Below are positions 1 through 8,827 of a stretch of 20,675 nt of DNA, one piece after another. Both the position numbers and the translations under genes were made by a program. Origin of the DNA: Candidatus Heimdallarchaeota archaeon. GTDB taxonomy: Archaea; Asgardarchaeota; Heimdallarchaeia; Heimdallarchaeales; Heimdallarchaeaceae. Location of the stretch: assembly GCA_030668875.1 (NCBI GenBank), contig DAOVER010000051.1, forward strand, positions 1 to 20,675. The letters are read 5' to 3'. The notes below the pieces were generated by a model. That model made no database searches and was not told where the DNA came from. It was given only the letters and a program-made list of their open reading frames with translations. The stretch's first letter is position 1. Each line of letters starts with the position of its first letter.

Positions 1-141
1 AATAACTATTGTTCCTCTTTTTGAAGCAATAAACCACGAGGATTGCCTTTGCATTTCTATCAAGTGTAATAGATTTGTTAGGACTCTTAAATATTTCTCA
101 TAAATACCTTTTCATATCAGGTCCATTAATAAAAACATTGA

Positions 142-573
142 TTTAATGCTTGTTATGCAACTGAAGGTCACAAAATAGTTGACTACATTGCAAAGAAAGG
201 CGTTCCAGTTTCTGTCGGACCTTCATTAGTAGGTTTTGAAAAGGTTGAATTACGCAATATTAGTTTTGAAACTCCTGCTATACTCTGGAAAGCTGGTGTT
301 AGAATCTCAATACAAAGTGATTCTTTTACAAGACTTCGTCATTTCCAAATTCTTCCATGTATGGCAATAAAGGAGGGGCTGCCTATTAATGAAGCACTAA
401 AAGCAATTACGATAAATGCTGCTAAAATGCTTAAGGTGGCAACTAGAATTGGAAGTATTGAGCCAGGTAAAGATGCAGACATAGTTGTTTGGACTGAACA
501 TCCATTAGAGAATTTCTATGCAGAAAACCAAATTACTTTCATTAATGGAGAAATTGCATATAGAAAGAAATAA
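142..573 (+). pseudogene. Amidohydrolase-family protein, C-terminal part only (5' disrupted)
   Basis: Frame 1 is open from 142 to the TAA at 571-573, well upstream of the ORF-track start at 361. It reads ATEGHKIVDYIAKKGVPVSVGPS...VELRNISFETPAILWKAGV...EALKAITINAAKML...IGSIEPGKDADIVVW, the typical amidohydrolase C-terminus (GSIExGKDADxVxW). An in-frame TGA at 139-141 blocks upstream extension. Confidence 0.75.
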
Positions 574-660
574 CCCTTTTTCTTTCTTTATTCTATGAGT
601 TTATCCTTGCTGTTTGGTTTTGTTTAAAATTGAAAGAACAACTGGTGTTTAAACAAGAAA

Positions 661-1032
661 TTAAGATCGTTCGTAATAACCTGGGGTTCTGTGTTCTCCG
701 AAATATTTCAGCCCCTTTTCTTGAAGTTGTTTTTTGAGATTATCTGCGTGTTCTTCCGTTATTTCTCCTTTCCGCAACAAGTAATCTATGATCTCTTCAG
801 CCTCCTGATCTGATTTACATCTACAGATGAAATCTATTGCACCAGGTATATGGCCTCTGAATTTTCTTGCTTTTTTTGAACAAGCGCTAGTGCGAAGTTC
901 CTCTTCCATAATACTTTTTTCGCCATCTTTAATATCGCGGAAAAGTGACGGAAAAACGTCATTAAATTCTTCTTCTTCAATTTCCTCCTCAACCCTACCT
1001 TCACTAGTATCTTCAGGGTTATTACTTTTCAT
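661..1032 (-). CDS. DUF2095 family protein (archaeal, uncharacterised)
   Basis: Acidic N-terminus, then IDFICRCKSDQEAEEIIDYLLRKGEITEEHADNLKKQL...FG...PGYY, which matches the DUF2095 pattern as I recall it. Confidence 0.8.
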   Translation of the reverse strand: MKSNNPEDTSEGRVEEEIEEEEFNDVFPSLFRDIKDGEKSIMEEELRTSACSKKARKFRGHIPGAIDFICRCKSDQEAEEIIDYLLRKGEITEEHADNLKKQLQEKGLKYFGEHRTPGYYERS

Positions 1033-1112
1033 AATTTGGTGAATATTGATAATCTAAAAAAGGTTGAGATATATTACCTTAATTCAAGAATCTTAAATCC
1101 CAACCATTTACA

Positions 1113-1126
1113 AAAAACCTTTATTC
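1113..1126 (+). promoter_or_regulatory. Putative BRE/TATA for a leaderless ychF transcript
   Basis: AAAAACC followed by TTTATT (1120-1125), 23-28 nt upstream of the ATG at 1148. Confidence 0.35.
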
Positions 1127-1147
1127 GATTAAAATTATGTTCATATA

Positions 1148-2347
1148 ATGTTAGTAGGTATAGTAGGAAAACCAAGTTGTGGGAAAAGCACATTTCTCAA
1201 TGCTCTAACTATGGTTGATGCAAAGGTTGGAGATTATCCATTTACGACAGTTAAACCGAACCGTGGTACAGCTTATGTACGCAGTCCTTGTGTATGTAAA
1301 ATTCATGATGTTGAAGATAATCCTAAAAACTCTATGTGTAAAGATGGGATTAGATTTCTTCCCGTCCACTTTTTAGATGTAGCAGGATTGGTTCCTGGAG
1401 CATCAGAAGGAAGAGGATTGGGAAATAAATTCTTGGATGATTTACGTCAAGCCGATGTTTTAATTCATATAGTAGATGCTAGTGGATCGCTTGATGCTGA
1501 AGGAAATCCAATTGATAAGGGTAGTTGGGACCCTCTCAATGATGTGGTATTTTTGGAAAATGAAATTGATGCATGGATTTTGGCTGTCATTCAACGAGAT
1601 TATATAATGATGAAGAAAAAAGCCATGGCAGAGAAATTGCGCTTGTCCAAATTACTTCACGAGAAACTGACTGGTCTTGCAGTAAAAAAATACACTATTG
1701 ATGAAGCTGTGAGTGATGTTGGAATAATCGATGATGATGCTTCAACATGGGATGATAAATTAGCAGAACTAGTTACGGCAATAAGAAAGAAGGCAAAACC
1801 TGTGGTCATTGTTGCAAATAAGATAGATCAACCAAATGCTGAAGATAATCTAAATAGGCTGAAAGAAAAATTGAGTATAGATGTTTTTCCAGCAGCTGCT
1901 CTTGCTGAGGTATTTCTGCGTTCTGAACAGGAAAAAGGCTCTATCTCCTATAACCCAGGTGATTCTACTTACCAAATACTTGATCAGGAAAAATTAGGGG
2001 AACAAAAAAAACTATTATTGGAAAAAATTAATGAGAACCTGCTAATGAAGTATGATTCAACAGGTGTACAAGCAATTCTCTCGCACGTTGTGTTCAATTT
2101 ACTTAACATGATTGTTGTATATCCTGTAGAAGATACCAGTAAATTGGCAGATAAATTAGGAAATGTTCTTCCTGACGCTTATTTAGTACCCAAGGGAACA
2201 ACTGCTATAGAATTTGCAGCAAAAGTACATACAGATTTCGCTAAGAATTTCATCCATGGTCAGTTAGCACCATCTGGTAGAAGAATAGGAGCTGATTACG
2301 AACTTCAAAATAATGATATAATAAAAATAGTATCGGCAGCTAAATAA
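1148..2347 (+). CDS. ychF: Obg-family GTPase, archaeal YchF/Ygr210-like, with C-terminal TGS domain
   Basis: G1 [10 protein letters not shown]2 YPFTT, G3 [21 protein letters not shown]4 NKID, and a TGS-like end ([11 protein letters not shown]...[17 protein letters not shown]). Confidence 0.93.
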   Translation: MLVGIVGKPSCGKSTFLNALTMVDAKVGDYPFTTVKPNRGTAYVRSPCVCKIHDVEDNPKNSMCKDGIRFLPVHFLDVAGLVPGASEGRGLGNKFLDDLRQADVLIHIVDASGSLDAEGNPIDKGSWDPLNDVVFLENEIDAWILAVIQRDYIMMKKKAMAEKLRLSKLLHEKLTGLAVKKYTIDEAVSDVGIIDDDASTWDDKLAELVTAIRKKAKPVVIVANKIDQPNAEDNLNRLKEKLSIDVFPAAALAEVFLRSEQEKGSISYNPGDSTYQILDQEKLGEQKKLLLEKINENLLMKYDSTGVQAILSHVVFNLLNMIVVYPVEDTSKLADKLGNVLPDAYLVPKGTTAIEFAAKVHTDFAKNFIHGQLAPSGRRIGADYELQNNDIIKIVSAAK

Positions 2348-2376
2348 AATAAAGCATTTAGCAGCTATCGCTACGT

Positions 2377-3009
2377 TTAGCTAGGTAAAGTAAGTACTTT
2401 GCTTTTTCTTATATCAACCATAACTACTGGAAAAATTTTGTTAACTGCTTCTTGGACTTCTCTAGCAATAGAACCATTTACCATGTTTTTAGCAAAATCT
2501 GTGAACACTTGTTCTTTAGCTCTGGTTTTGATAAGATCTCCAATTGTTTTCCTTACAACCTTTTGTGTGCTGGTTCCACATCTCATGGGAGTAATTACAA
2601 TAGAAGATACTCTTAATCTTGCTCTGTCCTTTGTGGAAACGTTTTGTATAGATTCGATTTTTGACCGATTTCTGCGAATTTGGGATCTGATTTGCTCTTT
2701 TGCAATCTCATGTCCTGCAAATTCGGTTCTACATATATTGCCTTCAACAGCTGTTATTCTGAATCTGATTTTTAGATTGATATCAGTGAATAGATCATCT
2801 ACGACACCCATTTTTGCCATTTCAATAACTCTTCCAGTCAATAATTCCGGATCACTTGCAGGTGTTTCACCTAGAGTTTTTTCTGCAATATATCCAGCTG
2901 ACATTACTTGATACCAAGATTTTTCTTTCCACTTATCTACAACCTTACTTCTACTTTTACGTGTGGATTTTCGTGACGACAATAATTTAACCTCTGTAAG
3001 TTGTTTCAT
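2377..3009 (-). CDS. rps3ae: 30S ribosomal protein S3Ae (eS1)
   Basis: DKWKEKSWY, LLTGRVIE, IRSQIRRNRSKIE, T..QKVVRK and IFPV..V.IRKSKVL. Expected position after pcc1. Confidence 0.95.
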   Translation of the reverse strand: MKQLTEVKLLSSRKSTRKSRSKVVDKWKEKSWYQVMSAGYIAEKTLGETPASDPELLTGRVIEMAKMGVVDDLFTDINLKIRFRITAVEGNICRTEFAGHEIAKEQIRSQIRRNRSKIESIQNVSTKDRARLRVSSIVITPMRCGTSTQKVVRKTIGDLIKTRAKEQVFTDFAKNMVNGSIAREVQEAVNKIFPVVMVDIRKSKVLTLPS

Positions 3010-3045
3010 TCTTCTTTGGTTTGGTTTTAAATATTATGATTAAGA

Positions 3046-3101
3046 AGACTATTTCTCTTAATGTTGTTAGAAATTTGTTCTCTACACAGACTATTTCTCT
3101 T
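3046..3101. repeat. 14-bp direct repeat AGACTATTTCTCTT at 3046-3059 and 3088-3101
   Basis: Two identical copies 42 bp apart; the second overlaps the pcc1 stop codon. Confidence 0.7.
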
Positions 3102-3369
3102 CAAGTTTGTTGGTGGACAGGAACACCTTTTCTATTGTAGAAATTGTATTAAGAATATCATCTAATGTGTATCGTACTGATGATACCTTTGCTATGGATT
3201 CTATACTGATCTCAACATTTCTTCCATCTCTCTTCATTACTATTTTTGTATCATCATCTAGTAGAGAATTCTCAGGTTCTAACCCCTTAATAATGATTTC
3301 TGCTAGTTCTGGATTTATACAGCTTATTGTAATCTGAACCTTTGTCGAATCTAGTTTCACTTCATTCAT
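3091..3369 (-). CDS. pcc1: KEOPS complex subunit Pcc1
   Basis: 92 aa with IIIKGLEPEN...VEISIES..VSSVRYTLDDIL, matching the Pcc1 pattern (L.PE...S.LR...DD.L), in its conserved position between the RecJ-like gene and rps3ae. Confidence 0.85.
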   Translation of the reverse strand: MNEVKLDSTKVQITISCINPELAEIIIKGLEPENSLLDDDTKIVMKRDGRNVEISIESIAKVSSVRYTLDDILNTISTIEKVFLSTNKLEEK

Positions 3370-3404
3370 CTCAATTCTGTATTTTTTCTATTTTGATTCT
3401 TATC

Positions 3405-4943
3405 TTAACTTGCTGATTTCTTGGACGTTTGTTTTTTCGTTGAGGATCCTGATTTCTCTTTTTCTTCTTCCCTCTTTTCTTTGGTTCCTTCGTGATGATA
3501 TTCAAGAGTTTCTTCAATGTTCTTTATTAAATCAGGAAAATTATCTGTTTCAACAATAACTTCAAAGGAATCACCTTCTTTGGACAATTTCTTTACCAAT
3601 TTGTTGTTTAGCGCTTTATGGAAAATATGGTATAGTTTTATCCCCTTTTTCTGTTGTAAAGGTGATTCATGAACAAAAAGATGAGTATCTTCGTTTTGTT
3701 TGAGGGATACCAACACTGGAACATCTATAGGAATCGTTTTGCTCTCAATAAGGGAAATAATTATTGCTGACATTGTTTCCCTATCCAAAATCGTATCCCC
3801 TTTTATTATACGATAATATTGTTTCTTTTCAATTATCTCTGGTTTTTGAGCTATTTCATCTATTGCAAGTGTTGCTCGACCATGATAATCGCTTAAGTTA
3901 CTGCTGAGCTGATCAAATAAATTCTCTCTGTCCCCCAAAACAACTGCTAAAGCTAAACCATGCTTACCTATTTGACACGCGCCTTCCAGTAGCCATAAAA
4001 ATTCTTCGATATTTCGTGTTGGGTTTTGTTTTGATTCATTTTCAATTATGTATATTGGTCCTATTAACTTTTTTATGTCACTAAGCGAGTGGTCTTTATT
4101 CTCCATGAGAATTGAAATAAGACCGTCATTAAGTTTTTTCGTCTCCTCAGAGCTTAAAGAAGCAATGTTTCTCCACTCATCTTCTTGATCTTTCATTGTG
4201 ATGCCTGTTCGTGATAAGAAGGAAGTACATGCACTTTCATTTCCTGTTAATCCAGGAAAATAGGGATTTATAGAGTATTTGAGTGCAAGATGAATGGGTT
4301 GACTTTCTCGTCCAGCAATCCTTGTACCTTTTGTCACAGTTAAAAACTGTTCTTTCTTACCTTCCTCAAGTATTATTCCATTTAGTCCGATTAATGATTG
4401 ATTTTTGTTGTTCACTTGCTTTTTTGCTAAACTGCCTATGATGGCCAAGTGAGAATATTTCTGATAATCACCATTGAAGCCCGTTGATATGAAGTAACAC
4501 AAACCAGCGTTTGAGACAGTATTGGTTGGTAAGCTTATTCCTTTCAGAGATAATTCTTCTATGTTCTCTTTGGATATTTTTTCCAACTCTTTCTTGGTTA
4601 GCTCATGATGTATTATCACTCTCTTCTTATCACTATTCTTTAAAATATCAAGGGGGATTTCACTAAGACTGAGTCCAATAAACACTATGGTTCGATAATC
4701 TAACGTCTTGATTCTTTTCTCAATGTGAACTTTTTCATTAGCATATATGACATGAGATCCTATCTTCTGCTCCTTTAGGTTTAGTAATAATATCCCTGTT
4801 GCGCAGAGATTGTCAGGGTCTTTTAAAGTAACTATGATAATGTTCTCTTCAGAATTGACCAATAATTGTGCAATTTTCTTAGCTTTCTTCTTTAACACTC
4901 GATATTTATCAAAAAGTTCATCATCAGCTGTCATAATATTCAC
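3405..4943 (-). CDS. RecJ/DHH-family GAN (Cdc45-like) orthologue with degenerate active-site motifs
   Basis: KDPDNLCATGIL (motif I), VSNAGLCYF, LAIIG, and the GAN-type block GRESQPIHLALKYSINPYFPGLTGNESAC..FL. Lies between rps15 and pcc1 as in many archaea. Start is GTG at 4943 or ATG at 4934. Confidence 0.85.
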   Translation of the reverse strand: MNIMTADDELFDKYRVLKKKAKKIAQLLVNSEENIIIVTLKDPDNLCATGILLLNLKEQKIGSHVIYANEKVHIEKRIKTLDYRTIVFIGLSLSEIPLDILKNSDKKRVIIHHELTKKELEKISKENIEELSLKGISLPTNTVSNAGLCYFISTGFNGDYQKYSHLAIIGSLAKKQVNNKNQSLIGLNGIILEEGKKEQFLTVTKGTRIAGRESQPIHLALKYSINPYFPGLTGNESACTSFLSRTGITMKDQEDEWRNIASLSSEETKKLNDGLISILMENKDHSLSDIKKLIGPIYIIENESKQNPTRNIEEFLWLLEGACQIGKHGLALAVVLGDRENLFDQLSSNLSDYHGRATLAIDEIAQKPEIIEKKQYYRIIKGDTILDRETMSAIIISLIESKTIPIDVPVLVSLKQNEDTHLFVHESPLQQKKGIKLYHIFHKALNNKLVKKLSKEGDSFEVIVETDNFPDLIKNIEETLEYHHEGTKEKREEEKEKSGSSTKKQTSKKSAS

Positions 4944-4989
4944 AGTATAGATAACAAAAATGTATTAAAAAATAAAAGAATATCGAATC

Positions 4990-5442
4990 TTATAGTAAAA
5001 GTCCTGCAGTTTTGGGATCATATTTCCAATTTGTTGGGAAAATACCTTTCTTCTTGTAGAACTTAACTAAACGTCGTATTTTAGATTCAATTAATTGTAA
5101 TCCCCTTTTGCTATGAAGATCCTTCTTGTTTTCTTCGAGATGCTTTCTTAGATGCATAGCTTTTCTAACTAAGTTGGTTAAATCTTCAGGATATTTTGGT
5201 TTTAAATTTAATTCTTCTACAACTGTTGACAGTTTCTTTCCTAATACTTCTTTGACACCAGGGACACCATATTGGTCTCTTAGGATTGTTCCTATCATTG
5301 CTGTAGAAAGACCTTGCCTTTTTAATTCCTCAACCTTTTTTGAAATTTCTTTCTTGTCAATAGCCATCCATTCAGGAGCTTGATCTCTATAAGCTCTTGT
5401 TGAACTAGCTTTTCCACGTTTCCGTGCATGCATTCTTGCCAT
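4990..5442 (-). CDS. rps15: 30S ribosomal protein S15 (uS15, archaeal/eukaryotic S13e type)
   Basis: MARMHARKRGKASS, IGTILRDQYGVP, PEDLTNLVRKA, DLHSKRGLQLIESKIRRLVKFYK. The likely start is the ATG at 5442 rather than 5454. Confidence 0.97.
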   Translation of the reverse strand: MARMHARKRGKASSTRAYRDQAPEWMAIDKKEISKKVEELKRQGLSTAMIGTILRDQYGVPGVKEVLGKKLSTVVEELNLKPKYPEDLTNLVRKAMHLRKHLEENKKDLHSKRGLQLIESKIRRLVKFYKKKGIFPTNWKYDPKTAGLLL

Positions 5443-5443
5443 A

Positions 5444-6034
5444 TTATTCACCAAATATTTTTTTGTTCTCGAAGGCGGTTAACGAGGTGAACATTTCACG
5501 AAGGGACTTTTGGCGATGGGAATATAAATTCTTGGTTGTAAGTGACATCTCTGCAAATGTTAATGCTTCATCTGCAGGTAAGAAAATAGGATCAAACCCA
5601 AAGCCTTTTGCTCCTCTTTTTTCTGTGATAATTGTCCCCTCTGTTTTACCAACAAACAGTTTGATGTTCCCATTAACAAAGAAAGCTATAACAGATTTAA
5701 AATACGCTGCCTTATTTTCTTTACTTTTCATGAGATCTAAAATACCCTCATTCCCTATTGTTTGGAATATATAAGCAGAATAAGGACCAGGAAAACCATT
5801 TAAGGATTCTATGAATAATCCAGCATCTTCAATAAAAAAATGTTTATTCTTCAATTCAGGTTTTATTTCAATGAGTTTTTTACAACTAGCTAGTGCAATA
5901 TCTTCTAAATCATCTGCTTGTATTTCCTCGTATTCAATATCGATCCATTTTATGGGTATTTTATGTCCTTTCGCAATTTCAGCAGCTTCTTTAAATTTGT
6001 GTGTGTTATGTGTTATAAAATATATTTCTTTCAC
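5444..6034 (-). CDS. rdgB: Non-canonical purine NTP pyrophosphatase (RdgB/HAM1, ITPase)
   Basis: FITHNTHKFKEA, EDAGLFIESLNGFPGPYS, GFGFDPIF and C-terminal SHR. Confidence 0.95.
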   Translation of the reverse strand: MKEIYFITHNTHKFKEAAEIAKGHKIPIKWIDIEYEEIQADDLEDIALASCKKLIEIKPELKNKHFFIEDAGLFIESLNGFPGPYSAYIFQTIGNEGILDLMKSKENKAAYFKSVIAFFVNGNIKLFVGKTEGTIITEKRGAKGFGFDPIFLPADEALTFAEMSLTTKNLYSHRQKSLREMFTSLTAFENKKIFGE

Positions 6035-6165
6035 ACATAACTTTTGAATTGGATGTTTTTAGTTTTTCCATGTTTATGAATACTTTTTGCTTTATCAGTA
6101 AGAAAGAGTTTAAATGCTACAAATTGATAGTAGATAACAATAAATGGTAGATAATTGGTGATTAT

Positions 6166-6582
6166 ATGTTGGAACAATTAACCTTCTCTTCAATTCATGA
6201 TTCGACTAGTAATATAACAATCTCAGATGAAATATTGAATGCATTGTCAGAGGTTTCAAAAAATAGCGATATCCTAAGTATATATTCAACAAACGCTAGA
6301 GCGATTTATTTCTTCCCAGTTTCTTCAGATGTCTATAAACTAAGTATACAGATTTTCCCACTTACACCAGAAATAGTTGCTAAAATAATGACAAAGATTG
6401 CAGAATTTTCAACTAAGGTTGTTTATAGTACGGGATTGTGTTTAGTGGAAAATAGATGCTTCTGGGAAGGTTTCTTACAAGAAAAGGACTTAATAAAACC
6501 AATAAATAATATTGAAGAAATACTTCAATCAATAGCTGAAATTAAGGGAATAAAGATTGATCAAGTTCATAACTCAAACTAG
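6166..6582 (+). CDS. Hypothetical protein, probable C-terminal ACT-like domain
   Basis: 138-aa ORF with GGTGA (SD-like) just upstream. KLSIQIF-PLTPEIVAKIMTKIA-..KVVYSTG-..FWEGFL-..INNIEEILQSIAEIKGIKI fits a beta-alpha-beta-beta-alpha-beta pattern. Confidence 0.6.
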   Translation: MLEQLTFSSIHDSTSNITISDEILNALSEVSKNSDILSIYSTNARAIYFFPVSSDVYKLSIQIFPLTPEIVAKIMTKIAEFSTKVVYSTGLCLVENRCFWEGFLQEKDLIKPINNIEEILQSIAEIKGIKIDQVHNSN

Positions 6583-6584
6583 TT

Positions 6585-7532
6585 TTAGCTCAAACTAATT
6601 TTTATATCCAAGACACGAATGAATTCTTTGTATCTATTTCTAAGTGTAACCTCTGTTATTTGACAAGTCTTAGCAATTTCGTTCTGTGGGCATTTTGTCT
6701 TGTTTTGAATTGCAGCAATATATAGTGCTGCTGCAGCAAGGGAGTTGGGATTCTTACCTACAGTTATTTTTGCTTCTTTTGCCCTTGCGAGTATTTCTTG
6801 AGCTTCAGTTAATACTTTGGGAGAAAAATTGAGTATTGAAGCAAATTTTGCTATACTGTTATCGGGGCTTGCTAAAGGCATTTTCAAATCTAGATGTTTT
6901 AAAAGTAATCTGAAATTTTTAGCTAGTTTCTTTTTGCTTAATCTTGTTTTGTCTGAAACATCTTCCAAACTTGCTGGGTGTTTGTGTAGTCTACAAGCAA
7001 GATAGAGTGCTGCAGAAACTAAAGCTTCTGTGGAACGACCTCGAACCAATCCTGTTTTGAGTATTTTTCGATAGATCATTGCGGCAGTTTCCCTTACTTT
7101 CAAAGTAAGATTCAATTGACTGCTAATCCTCTTAATCTCATTCAAAGCTCTTAGTAAGTTCCTTTCAGTTCCATATTGAAGGACAGCTCTTCTTTGCAAG
7201 GTTCTTAATCTAAACATTTGACTAGCTTTTTCTGGAGATAAAGAGTTTCCAAAAATGTCTCTGTTAGAATAATCAATCAAAGTTCCATAATGGTCGTAGC
7301 TTAGAAGGTTTTTTGGAGTCCCTGTTCTGGCTCTATTAATATGTTGCTCCTTTGTATAAGCACGCCATTCAGCTGTTTGATCTATATAAGAATCTTCTAC
7401 TACCAATCCACAGCTCCCACAACTTACTTCTCCTCTGGTCGAATCAAAAGCTAATTTGAGAGAATTACAGTCAGGGCACCTTGGTAGAGATGGTTCAGAA
7501 CTAGTTGCGATATTAATTGGTTGTGAGGGCAT
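6585..7532 (-). CDS. tfb: Transcription initiation factor IIB (TFB)
   Basis: Zn ribbon CPDC...CGSC, B-reader AEWRAY, ERNLLRAL.EIKRISSQL, two cyclin repeats (GRSTEALVSAALYLACR; GKNPNSLAAAALYIA) and HTH QNEIA...ITEVTLRNRYKE. Confidence 0.96.
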   Translation of the reverse strand: MPSQPINIATSSEPSLPRCPDCNSLKLAFDSTRGEVSCGSCGLVVEDSYIDQTAEWRAYTKEQHINRARTGTPKNLLSYDHYGTLIDYSNRDIFGNSLSPEKASQMFRLRTLQRRAVLQYGTERNLLRALNEIKRISSQLNLTLKVRETAAMIYRKILKTGLVRGRSTEALVSAALYLACRLHKHPASLEDVSDKTRLSKKKLAKNFRLLLKHLDLKMPLASPDNSIAKFASILNFSPKVLTEAQEILARAKEAKITVGKNPNSLAAAALYIAAIQNKTKCPQNEIAKTCQITEVTLRNRYKEFIRVLDIKISLS

Positions 7533-7575
7533 AATTACACCAGATACTACTCTTGGGTATATTTTAGCTGTCCCC

Positions 7576-7591
7576 TATTTAAATTTGGCTG
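7576..7591 (-). promoter_or_regulatory. Putative tfb TATA box (TTTAAATA, 7583-7576) with upstream BRE-like CAGCCAAA
   Basis: Consensus archaeal TATA about 44 nt upstream of the tfb ATG. Confidence 0.4.
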
Positions 7592-7764
7592 AATCTTCCT
7601 TTTTGTGAAATAATCATCCATTTATCTAATTAGAAATCTTCTAGTAGGGAAAAATACGAATAATGAATTTGGTTAAATATGAAAACTGTTAAAAACAATC
7701 ATCTTTGCAAATGTAATTAGGTAAAGCAATGAACCTCTAAAGATTGTGTTACGAGGCGTGAAAA

Positions 7765-8172
7765 ATGTCAGAAAAATCAAGACAACTCGAATTTAAGATT
7801 AACATTGGTGATAATGAAGGAAAATGCTTTTCAAAAATTTTAAGAGATGCTCAAGCAACTGCCTTAATAGGTTTAAAAATCGGCGACAGAGTAGATGGTA
7901 ATATAATCGGCTTTCCTGCATATGAGTTCATTATTACTGGTGGAAGTGATCGTGATGGTTTTCCCCATCGATCAAATATTCAAGGAGCTGGAAGGAAAAA
8001 ATATCTCTTGAGTGGTGGTATTGGTTATAAAGTTCTTAGAAAGGGAAGAAGAGTAAGGAAATCTGTACGTGGTAACATACTTTCAGAAATGTCTTATCAA
8101 ATCAACATGAAAGTATCAAAGAACGGAAGCAAACCCCTTAATGAGTTAATTGAGGGTAGTATTTCCGACTAA
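7765..8172 (+). CDS. rps6e: 30S ribosomal protein S6e (eS6)
   Basis: LIGLKIGD.VDG, ITGGSDRDGFP, G.RVRKSVRGN and QINMK. Confidence 0.96.
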   Translation: MSEKSRQLEFKINIGDNEGKCFSKILRDAQATALIGLKIGDRVDGNIIGFPAYEFIITGGSDRDGFPHRSNIQGAGRKKYLLSGGIGYKVLRKGRRVRKSVRGNILSEMSYQINMKVSKNGSKPLNELIEGSISD

Positions 8173-8212
8173 CTCTTTTTCTAAATAAATTAAAAATTAA
8201 AAGAAGAACGAT

Positions 8213-8827
8213 CTAATCTTTCTTATCTTCTGTTTTCTCTTTCTTCTTAGTGGTTTTTGTACCTTTTTGTTTTTTCGATGAATCAGCTTTTTCCTTCTCT
8301 TTTTCTTCTGCTTTTTCTTTCTTCTTAGTGGTTTTTTTACCTTTTTGTTTTTTCAATGAATCAGCTCTTTCCTCATCTGTAAAGAATATGTAGAATATAG
8401 ATGCAATTATTATAAAAATCAGCACACCAAAAATAGTCCATTGCATATCAGGTGTAAAATTAGATAGTGTAGCTCCACTTATTGGACGGATGGATGTAAC
8501 CAACCATGTGACTAGAATTGAGATTATTGAGCTTGTAATAAAGGTACCCCAAGAAGGAAGTTTTGCTCTCATTTCGCTTATAGTGCCAAATAAGATCACC
8601 AGAAAGAAGTAAAATAGCGCTAAAAGAAGTATTTCTGCTATTACTAAACCCCAGCTATAATGTCTATCAGATTGGTCGATATAATACCATATTCTCAAGA
8701 AACCTGCTGTATCATAGTGGAGAGATGCAAATATGATGGCTAAAATCAAGGTCCCTATTACAATAATTGAACTAATAAGAAGTGTTCTATTTTTTTCATC
8801 TTTCCAAAGTGTTTGATATATACTCAT
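8213..8827 (-). CDS. Uncharacterised membrane protein (about 4 TM helices) with Lys-rich repeated C-terminal tail
   Basis: Four hydrophobic stretches followed by a highly charged tail; GGAGA upstream of the ATG. Confidence 0.8.
   Translation of the reverse strand: MSIYQTLWKDEKNRTLLISSIIVIGTLILAIIFASLHYDTAGFLRIWYYIDQSDRHYSWGLVIAEILLLALFYFFLVILFGTISEMRAKLPSWGTFITSSIISILVTWLVTSIRPISGATLSNFTPDMQWTIFGVLIFIIIASIFYIFFTDEERADSLKKQKGKKTTKKKEKAEEKEKEKADSSKKQKGTKTTKKKEKTEDKKD
8234..8373. repeat. In-frame tandem duplication: about 62-bp copies (8234-8295 and 8312-8373), period 78 bp
   Basis: cttcttagtggtttttgtacctttttgttttttcgatgaatcagctttttcct versus cttcttagtggtttttttacctttttgttttttcaatgaatcagctctttcct (3 mismatches in this stretch). 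Encodes ADS(L/S)KKQKG(K/T)KTTKKKEK twice. Confidence 0.9.

Noticed and set aside
827-1218. ORF-track entries 827-1042 (+) and 1036-1218 (+)
   Set aside because: One is the antisense shadow of DUF2095; the other spans the divergent promoter and overlaps ychF out of frame. Neither has recognisable motifs.
2399-5774. Plus-strand ORFs 2399-2911, 3107-3337, 5126-5383 and 5424-5774
   Set aside because: Antisense shadows of rps3ae, pcc1, rps15 and rdgB, which are all firmly identified on the minus strand.
7625-7634. 10-bp palindrome TCTAATTAGA in the tfb/rps6e divergent spacer
   Set aside because: Short and AT-rich, with a single copy; not distinguishable from chance.
8213-8230. C-terminal ...EDKKD as a eukaryote-like dilysine ER-retrieval signal
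   Set aside because: The lysines are at -3 and -2, not -3/-4 or -3/-5, and the tail is Lys-rich anyway.
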